From Antedon mediterranea (taxonomy: Eukaryota; Animalia; Echinodermata): a stretch of DNA of 64,000 nt. A program made the position numbers and the translations under genes. Below, in pieces: positions 13,080 through 23,500 of this stretch (positions within the stretch are counted from its first letter, which is position 1; each line of letters starts with the position of its first letter). The stretch covers positions 21,511,648 to 21,575,647 of the forward strand of contig NC_092673.1 in the NCBI RefSeq assembly GCF_964355755.1, given 5' to 3'. A model generated the notes under the pieces. That model made no database searches and was not told the DNA's origin. It saw only the letters and a program-made list of their open reading frames with translations.

Positions 13080-13369
13080 TAGCGCTCTATCTTTTCCAAT
13101 TTTTCTTACCTCAGCTCCAACCATGATATTTATACCTCCATGATCAGACCAAGGTCCTGGGGCTGGAAACTCTCAGGAGAGGGGGTGCTCTTGTGGCTGG
13201 TGACCAATATCATTGGTGTTTTGATCGTTTGATATTAAATCATATAAGCTGTTATTCCCATAAGAGGGGCCTTTTTGGGAAAAAAGAACCCCCCTGTAAA
13301 AATCCTGGCTACGGGCTTGATACTGTATATTAATTCAATGATGAGTACTTCTCACCAAGATGAGAGATG

Positions 13370-13544
13370 GATATCGATTACGTAATCGAGCTGTTTGATA
13401 CGCTTGATCGACTTTTCACACACTCGAGTTGTTCGATACATCATACATGCTGCAACAACGTGTGTGGAGATTGGAACCGTGAAGACTCGACATTTCTCCT
13501 AAATATTTTACTGTATTATTGCATACATTAGTTCATTATTCAGG
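13370..13544 (+). promoter_or_regulatory. Probable PGM3 promoter and non-coding first exon
   Basis: CpG-retaining stretch with several TCGA motifs (TATCGATT at 13372, DRE-like), ending at a strong donor CAGG|GTAAGT (13544/13545). The ATG exon at 14535 is preceded by an acceptor, so an upstream exon is required. TSS not determinable. Confidence 0.55.
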
Positions 13545-14535
13545 GTAAGTTGTGCCAAGTTTTATTTCCAATGATGTATATATGTCGTATTCATACCGTA
13601 AATTCATAATAGAAAGCTAATTTTGTTTAGTTCTAGCCTAGGCTAGGCAATACTTTTTTTTTCTAGCAGCAGCGGAATTAAGCATGGCCGGGGGAATAAA
13701 TAGACATGTCAAGGCCTTCAGGTGGTCTGCGAACAAGCCTACTGTAGGCCTAGCATAATAAGCCCCTCCTAGCTTGATTAATAAGTGGTAATTTAATGTT
13801 AACATTATCATTTTAAATTGTAGGTTTCGATAATATGTTGAAAAAACCAAAATACAACAAAATAGTTTATTACTACTGGCTAACTGAGGCTAGGCCTATA
13901 ATAGTATTACTTACTTCCTACTACTTAGTTAGAGAGACTACAGGCATAGGCCTACTTATTTTTAAAATAATGTAAGTAGGCCCCTAACTCTAGGCCCAGG
14001 CTAGGTAATACAGAGTACAGGTAGTAAAGTATTATTAAATTAGTAATAATTTTAATCGGCACGGCTAAGATACGGTAAAAAAAATTGCATTTCTAAAATT
14101 AAATATAGAATCGCTCCTAAATATAAAACTTGTCCTAAATATTAAAACTCGTTCCTAAATATAAAACTCGTCCTAATATTAAAACTCATCCTAAATATTT
14201 ATTATTAAAAACCTAACCCTCTAAATAATCTCTCTTAAATTAAAAAAAAAAAAAATTGTCAAGCAGAGAATCGATCCGGGACTCCTAAACCTTAGCCTAA
14301 TCACAGGCCCACCATGCCACACAGCTGGCTTGCAGAAAACCATTTCCATACCTATTTTATTAAAATCTATGCTTACAAAGCGCCCTCCATTATTACCGTA
14401 CCTTTAGTGTTTAGAAGTATGGATACGGTACGGTATCTTTGGGACTACTCTAGTACTATATCAAATATATAACAATTTTTTAAGACAATTTAATTTTTTT
14501 ATTTAAGTTGATTGAAATATATTGTCTTTTTTAGA

Positions 14536-17500
14536 ATGTCCTTATGGAAAAAGTCAGTTTTCCCGGCAGCAGCACAGCACCAGAAACTAGATGGTCAAAC
14601 ATACAACTATGGCACGGCAGGCTTTCGTACCAAGTAAGTAGTAACAATAATCAGTGACGTAACGTACAGAACCAAGGCCACTGGTTTAGGAATTTAGGTA
14701 CCCTAAGTGGCCCTCCCAACGCTGAAGGCCCTTTTTGCCTTTTTCGACATATTTTAAGGCCTGTTTTTTTCCTCTGTGCACTGCTCAGGGGTCGCCATAA
14801 GCTCCGGAGCCCCTGGGTTTACCCAGCGAGGGCTCATAGCCGTTACGCCACTGACAATAATACATATTCTATTAAACTAAACGTCTGAATATATGTTTTA
14901 TTTACACACATTCATTCCCCGTTTTGCTTTTTTATTGAGGGCGAACTTGCTTGATTCAGTGATGTTTCGTTGTGGTTTAATTGCTGTTCTACGATCAAAG
15001 AAAACAAAATGTAAGAAATAACACTACTACTTAAAATTTAAACACAACATTGAAGACTGTATACTATAAAATATAAATTACTAGTATTTTAAAATTTTAA
15101 CAAGAACCCAGTATTTACTAATATTTCTGTTATTGTCATTATTTTATTGTTTTGTCATCCCACCCCATTCATCCACCCCATCTGTCAGACCCACACCACC
15201 CCATCTATCTTATCTATCAGACCCACCCACCCCATCTATAAAATCTACCTACCTAATCTATCCCATTTATCCATCCACCCCATCTATCCCATTTATCTAT
15301 TCCATTCATCCATCCCTTCCACCCATCCCATCTATACCATCCACCCACCCCCATCTATCCCATTTATCTATTCCATTCATCCATCCCTTCCACCCATCCC
15401 ATCTATACCATCCATCCACCCCCATCTATCCCATTTATCTATTCCATTCATTCATCCCTTGCACCCATCCCATCTATACCATCCACCCACCCCCATCTAT
15501 CCCATTTATCTATTCCATTCATCCATCCCTTCCACCCATCCCATCTATACCATCCACCCACCCCCATCTATCCCATTTATCTATTCCATTCATCCATCCC
15601 TTCCACCCATATCTATTCCATTCATCCATCCCTTCCACCCATCCCATCTATACCATCCACCCACCCCCATCTATCCCATTTATCTATTCCATTCATCCAT
15701 CCCTTCCACCCATCCCATCTATACCATCCACCCACCCCCATCTATCCCATTTATCTATTCCATTCATCCATCCCTTCCACCCATCCCATCTATACCATCC
15801 ACCCACCCCCATCTATCCCATTTATCTATTCCATTCATCCATCCCTTCCACCCATCCCATCTATACCATCCACCCACCCCCATCTATCCCATTTATCTAT
15901 TCCATTCATCCATCCCTTCCACCCATCCCATCTATACCATCCACCCACCCCCATTTATCCCATTTATCTATTCCATTCATCCATCCCTTCCACCCATCCC
16001 ATCTATACCATCCACCCACCCCCATCTATCCCATTTATCTATTCCATTCATCCATCCCTTCCACCCATCCCATCTATACCATCCACCCACCCCCATCTAT
16101 CCCATTTATCTATTCCATTCATCCATCCCTTCCACCCATCCCATCTATACCATCCACCCACCCCCATCTATCCCATTTATCTATTCCATTCATCCATCCC
16201 TTCCACCCATCCCATCTATACCATCCACCCACCCCCATCTATCCCATTTATCTATTCCATTCATCCATCCCTTCCACCCATCCCATCTATACCATCCACC
16301 CACCCCCATCTATCCCATTTATCTATTCCATTCATCCATCCCTTCCACCCATCCCATCTATACCATCCACCCACCCCCATCTATCCCATTTATCTATTCC
16401 ATTCATCCATCCATTTCCACCCATCCCATCTATACCATCCACCCACCCCCATCTATCCCATTTATCTATTCCATTCATCCATCCCTTCCACCCATCCCAT
16501 CTATACCATCCACCCACCCACCCCCATCTATCCCATTTATCTATTCCATTCATCCACCCCCATCTATCCCATTTATATATCTATCCCATTCATCTATCCC
16601 ATTTAAATATTACATCCCATTTATCACATACTTTCAAATATCTTTGCTTTCCTTATTAGCTAGCATTGGAGTAATGATTACAGCTTCACACAATCCTGAG
16701 TGTGACAATGGTGTAAAAATTGTTGAACCAATGGGGGAGATGCTGATTGCTGAATGGGAGGTTTATGCAACACAACTGGCTAATGCAAGGTGACTCTTCT
16801 TGGCAATTTCCATAGCTAATTTAGATTTTTGCAAATGAACAGACGTATCAGGACTTTTTAGTTGTGCTACAAATTGCACTCCTCAACATATCCTGGTGTG
16901 CCTTTTGTATCTTGGTGTTTAGAAGTTTATCCAATTTAAGCATGATGTTAATTGCACAGCACAAAGGCATTTTATGTTAGGCGAGCAATCGCACTCTCAT
17001 ACAAAATGTGAGGCCTACGTTATAACAGTAACTGAGATCATAATCACTTTTACTTTATATTAACAGCAATGAGGAGTTAGGAGGTGTAATTGAGGGTATT
17101 ATAAAAGATAACAACATTGACATGACAGTTTCAGCGAATGTTATCATAGCACGAGACACAAGGTATGATTTTATTAAAAATAATGGTTAAATTGCAATAT
17201 TTATTATACATGTAGTTTTGTGATGTCACTACAGCTGTTGTTACCGCATAAACAAAAGATCTTTCAGACCACATGTCATTGATTTTTGACACAGCTGATC
17301 AAAGTATACACTCTCCTCAGCTATAAACTACATGCTGTATTTATAGTTTCCCTCAACTACAGCCACCCAATTGGTAATTCATACCAAATGTGATTTAATC
17401 CGTTATAACTCTAAACTCTAATAACTTTATCTAAAGTGTAAACAGTTTGTGTAACTCTCACTCATCACAGTCAGTTAAAGTACAGTGGTGTAACATAGAG

Positions 17501-20500
17501 ATCTGATGCCCCTGGTTTTGGAACCCTTAGTGGCCCTCCAACGCCGGAGGCCTCTGGATGTTATTAACCTTTTTCAACATATTTTAATGCCTGTTTTATT
17601 TCCGATGGACACTGCTCAGAGGCCCCCAATAAGCTCTGGGCCCCCTGGGTTTAACCAGTGTGCGTGCATAGCCGTTACACCACTGATAAAGTACCATCTG
17701 TTTTGCCGTCTCAAAGCAAAAGCTTGTTCATTTCTCCAAAATAAGCAATGCACAATGTGTATGAACCGTCCATTTAGTTATTCTTCTTATTCTGGATAAA
17801 ATGGATTTTTGTTTTTTATTCGATTAGACCCAGCAGTCCAAGTTTATCAGCATCAGTTATTGATGCTATTAAAGCTTTTAATGCAGTCTACACTGATTAT
17901 GGTAAGTTACTAATAGTATACAAATAATGAGGTGAAACCTTTCATCATTCAGCTCATGACATTAATTGTACCATTACACTCACAAACATTAATTATTTGT
18001 AAACTATTGCATGCCATGTGACCAACAATCATCCAATCAAATGACAGGAATTTATTTAGGTGTTATATAATAAATAAGTAAATTGACTGAGCAGCTAAGG
18101 CAGAGCACTACAAACTATATATATAATTGGCGCTACTTTTATTATTGTTATTGTGGTAGAATAAGTGTTCTTGGACTTTAAACAGTATACACATACAGAA
18201 GCAAACCAGGACGGATTAAAATCATTAACAAAATGTGATTCTGTTTTCATAGGAATGTTGACAACTCCTCAGTTACATTACCTTGTTAGATGTGTTAATA
18301 CTAATGGACAGTATGGAGAGGCTACTGAAGAAGGATACTACAAGAAACTAAGCCAAGCTTTTACACAACTTAAGATACAGGTAGGTATACAGTAGAACCT
18401 CTACCTTGAAGTGTCCTCTTAAATTTCCCTGAATAGTGATTTGCTGTAGTGTTAAAACATATACAATGCCTCACGTTCAGTGTCCCCTGAATAGTGATTT
18501 GCTGTAGTGTTAAAACATATACAATGTCTCACGTTCAGTGTCCCCTGAATAGTGATTTGCTGTAGTGTTAAAACATGTACAATGTCTCACGTTCAGTGTC
18601 CCCTGAATAGTGATTTGCTGTAGTGTTAAAACATGTACAATGTCTCACGTTCAGTGTCCCCTGAATAGTGATTTTGCTGTAGTGTTAAAACATATACAAT
18701 GCCTCGCGTTCAGTGTCCCCTGAATAGTGATTTGCTGTAGTGTTAAAAAATGTACAATGTCTCACGTTCAGTGTCCCCTGAATAGTGATTTGCTGTAGTG
18801 TTAAAACATGTACAATGTCTCACGTTCAGTGTCCCCTGAATAGTGATTTGCTGTAGTGTTAAAACATGTACAATGTCTCACGTTCAGTGTCCCCTGAATA
18901 GTGATTTTGCTGTAGTGTTAAAACATATACAATGCCTCACGTTCAGTGTCCCCTGAATAGTGATTTGCTGTAGTGTTAAAACATGTACAATGTCTCACGT
19001 TCAGTGTCCCCTGAATAGTGATTTTGCTGTAGTGTTAAAACATATACAATGCCTCACGTTCAGTGTCCCCTGAATAGTGATTTGCTGTAGTGTTAAAACA
19101 TGTACAATGTCTCACGTTCAGTGTCCCCTGAATAGTGATTTTGCTGTAGTGTTAAAACATATACAATGCCTCACGTTCAGTGTCCCCTGAATAGTGATTT
19201 TGCTGTAGTGTTAAAACATATACAATGCCTCACGTTCAGTGTCCCCTGAATAGTGATTTGCTGTAGTGTTAAAACATATACAATGCCTCACGTTCAGTGT
19301 CCCCTGAATAGTGATCTGCTGTAGTGTTAAAACATATACAATGCCTCACGTTCAGTGTCCCCTGAATAGTGATTTGCTGTAGTGTTAAAACATATACAAT
19401 GCCTCACGTTCAGTGTCCCCTGAATAGTGATTTGCTGTAGTGTTAAAGCATATACTGCCTCACGTTCAGTGTCCCCTGAATAGTGATTTGCTGTAGTGTT
19501 AAAACATATACTGCCTCACGTTCAGTGTCCCCTGAATAGTGATTTGCTGTAGTGTTAAAACATGTACAATGTCTCACGTTCAGTGTCCCCTGAATAGTGA
19601 TTTGCTGTAGTGTTAAAACATATACAATGCCTCACGTTCAGTGTCCCCTGAATAGTGATTTGCTGTAGTGTTAAAACATATACTGTCTCACGTTCAGTGT
19701 CCCCTGAATAGTGATTTGCTGTAGTGTTAAAACATATACAATGCCTCACGTTCAGTGTCCCCTGAATAGTGATTTGCTGTAGTGTTAAAACATATACAAT
19801 GCCTCACGTTCAGTGTCCCCTGAATAGTGATTTGCTGTAGTGTTAAAACATATACAATGCCTCACGTTCAGTGTCCCCTGAATAGTGATTTGCTGTAGTG
19901 TTAAAACATATACAATGCCTCACGTTCAGTGTCCCCTGAATAGTGATTTGCTGTAGTGTTAAAACATATACAATGCCTCACGTTCAGTGTCCCCTGAATA
20001 GTGATTTGCTGTAGTGTTAAAACATATACAATGTCTCACGTTCAGTGTCCCCTGAATAGTGATTTGCTGTAGTGTTAAAACATATACAATGTCTCACGTT
20101 CAGTGTCCCCTGAATATTGATTTGCTGTAGTGTTAAAACATATACAATGCCTCACGTTCAGTGTCCCCTTAAATAATAATTTGCATATTGCAGACTCTTC
20201 AAAATTGCGCAGCGCGTTTGATTTTTCATTCACATGCACACCACCGTGGTTCCTCTTTTAAGCGAGTTGCACTGGCTGCCTTTTCTGCAAAGGATTGAAT
20301 TTAAGATCTTGGTACAACTATATAATTACTGCATCAATGTTTCAGCACCCGTCTATTTACAGGAACTAATTCAGAAGTATAACCCTGGTCGCCAGGGACT
20401 CGGATCGACATGAGATATTACTAGTCTTGCTGTTCCTAAAACTAGTAGACTATTTGGTGATAGATCATTTTCTGTCATTGGACCTAAGTTATGGAATAAT

Positions 20501-23500
20501 TTACCTATTAATGTGCATATAGCTCAAAGTGTACAATGTTTAAAAAAATTAGTTTTCTTTTCCCTAAGGAATGATTTAGATTTGTCCTTATATACTGCTC
20601 TAATTAATGTACATCACTTTGGTCTTTTCTGGAAAAGCGGTTTTTAAAATCTATATAGTATAGTATATCTGCAGCCATCTTTGTTACAAATTTTAAAATG
20701 AGATAAAAAATACATCTCTATACGATACCATGATGTTGAAAATGTACATTTAATAAACTAATTGGATATTACCGACATTTTTCTGCAGACGCCTGGTGAC
20801 AATTCCTATTTGCCGGAAATATCTGTAGATGGAGCAAATGGTGTCGGCGCCCTCAAGGTGTTACAGCTTCAGAAAGAGCTTAAAGGTTACCTTGATATGA
20901 AGGTGTTCAACGATGGATCGACAGGAAAGCTCAATGAACAGGTAAAAATCTTTCACAATTTATGAACAATAATTTTAAATTAGTCAAAAATTTAAATCCA
21001 AGAATGCCAAAAAGTTGAGAATACAATTGGCAAATCCTTCGCAAGTTTTTCTAAGTATTGAAACTGTAATGAGAATGCTAGTCAAATACCATATCTAATA
21101 TATATATTAATTGTTGGTGTTTTTTTAGTGTGGAGCAGACTATGTCAAAGTTGGACAGAAACCACCAGCAGGTAATTTCTATAAGTAATTGTGATTTATT
21201 ACTTGTTATTTTATTGATCTATTTTCAATACTGTACTGATAATTAATGTTAATAGGTACTTTACGAAACACAACGATTAAGGGAGGACGACGAATATCCT
21301 GTGTTCGCTAGAGCGTAAAATCATATACAGTCGATATAGCCATTTTATTATTTACGCACCCTTGCGCAAAGACGACGCTTGGCTGCATCTCTCTCCGATC
21401 CCTCCTCCCTGTCTCGTGGCGCGGGGCCCTTCTGAATCACTTGGCTCTGGTGATACAGCATAAACTTAGCCTTCCTAGCAAGGGCCTAGCATTCAAACGC
21501 TGCTTTAACCCATTAAAAATGTTATTTCATTAAACAATTAGGGTTATATATATGTAAACGGGAAAATGACCACTTTATCTTTCTCAAAAAGTTAAGACGA
21601 CAGAATTTCATGCTAATCTTCCCCACTTTGTTAATAAGTACCGTCCTATGGCTTCCCATCATGTTTCGTAAAGTCTCTATTAAGTACGAGTAAGAGATTA
21701 CTAGTGCTCAATGCCATTGGTAGAACTAGATAGATATATAAGTAAAATATAAATACTTTATTACACTACAAATCTGTTTTGTATGCTAGCAGGGTGAAAG
21801 TACAACCAATAACTGACACAACTCTACATGGTTATATAATGTGAATGGGCAGGAATTATTTATGTATGTTTATTTAATCATTTTAAAAAGTTAAATTGTT
21901 ATTGTGTGTTTTTTTTTATGTTTCTAACAGGTGTGATGTTTGAGGTGGGTAAGAAGTATTGTAGTTTTGATGGCGATGCAGACAGAATTGTCTATTTTTT
22001 CAAGTCAAAGGGTAAAAAAACATGAAAGTTGTTTTTATTGTGTTAAGTTTTTATTAAAGATGTACTGTCCCTCAAAAACATGAAAATGAAGAATAATTAA
22101 ATCAGACTTTGAATAGGTTATTTTGTAGTTTGGTCAAAGTGGATAACTATTATGTGACATTAAAAAAAATTAAGAACTATGTTTCAGGTGGACAATACAT
22201 CTTTAAATATTTTTCAATTCCTCTGATACCATAAAAATGATAATTTATCATTTCTTTTTAGATGGAAGTTTTCGATTGATGGATGGAGACAAGATAGCAA
22301 CATTAGTAAGCCACATTTTTATTCTTTTGTATTTTTGCAAATTAGCATTTAAATCATTTAGAACCTAATTTGGATGCTTGGTCATTGAAGTCCTGGGTTC
22401 AAATCCTGGAAGATTCTTTCTCACGACATGTTCAACTCCACTCTTAAAAACTTATTTAAAAACTTTATTTGTAGAGCATCTTGTGTTTGTCCTGTGAAAG
22501 GGATTTGCCAGCTCTAAGGAGGATATTGACTTTGACTAAAAAAAAATCATAGTTACGGTAGTAGTTTCAGGCATTCTACATAGTTAATGTGTGTGCAGTT
22601 ATGTTAAGTTTGATTATTGTTTTCCTTAAAATTGTTTTGCTTTTTGTTTTATTAGATTGCTGGATATTTGAAAGAGCTTGTAGCATCTGTTGGTTTAAAT
22701 CTCCAGCTAGGCCTTGTACAAACTGCCTATGCTAATGGCAGTTCCACCTACTATGCCTCAACTGTAATGGTAAATCATTCTAGTATTTAACATAATTTCT
22801 CTTTGTTCATCTCATAAAACAAACACAAAACAAACAAGGAGTAAATTATATTTTTAAAAGATGAAAGTGACCTCCAGGAAATCATGCAGGGATATTGGGA
22901 CGTGTGTCCTTGCACCCCTCCTCGACACAATTCTAAGCTCTGTCTACACTATCAAACATTATGTGAAAAATATGTGTGATGTGCCCATATATGGACATGA
23001 TGATATCATATCACTTCCATATTTAAGCATATGACTACCATATTTGGGCACATCACATTTTTTTTGTCAAACAAATTTGATAGTGTAGACAGAGCTTTAT
23101 AGCCTAGGTTAAACTCTATGATATATGTTAACAAACTGCACACAATTTGATCTTAATGTAGAAAGTTCCAGTAGCTTGTGCTAAAACAGGAGTTAAGCAT
23201 CTTCACTTGAAAGCACTAGACTTTGATATTGGTGTGTACTTTGAAGCAAACGGACATGGTACAGTAAGTACTATATCAGAAACATTCACAATGGTTTAAC
23301 CATAGACAATAGTGAACTTTCATTTTTGGATGTAAATGGCGGAATAACCTGCGACTTGCAGCCTATGGTTTACAGCGCCCCTGCCTTTACCACTCGGCCA
23401 CTCGACTTATGGTAGATGAAGGATGAACGTTAAATCAACTAAATACAGTCTTGATATTAAATACTCATGTACATATTAAGCTTTTGTGTAAATTGTCTCC

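Larger units (their letters stand above)
1658..13319. mobile_element. 11.7-kb composite non-autonomous DNA transposon (hAT5-like, 5-bp TSD) with several nested elements
   Basis: TIRs CAAGCCCGTAGCCAGG (1658) and CCTGGCTACGGGCTTG (ends 13319). Direct repeat ATACT at 1653-1657 and 13320-13324. No transposase ORF recognised. Confidence 0.8.

Noticed and set aside
15133-16793. 508- and 548-aa His/Pro/Ile-rich ORFs
   Set aside because: Artefact of a G-free 71-bp minisatellite that has no stop codons. Non-ATG starts inside an intron. Only the last ~43 aa are real PGM3 exon.
18427-20170. CRISPR-like regular array
   Set aside because: Units are identical head-to-tail with no unique spacers. It lies in a eukaryotic intron with no cas genes.
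23301-23367. Possible P-type MITE CATAGAC...GCCTATG next to a tRNA-like fragment
   Set aside because: TIR is very short and flanks match only 5 of 7 bases.
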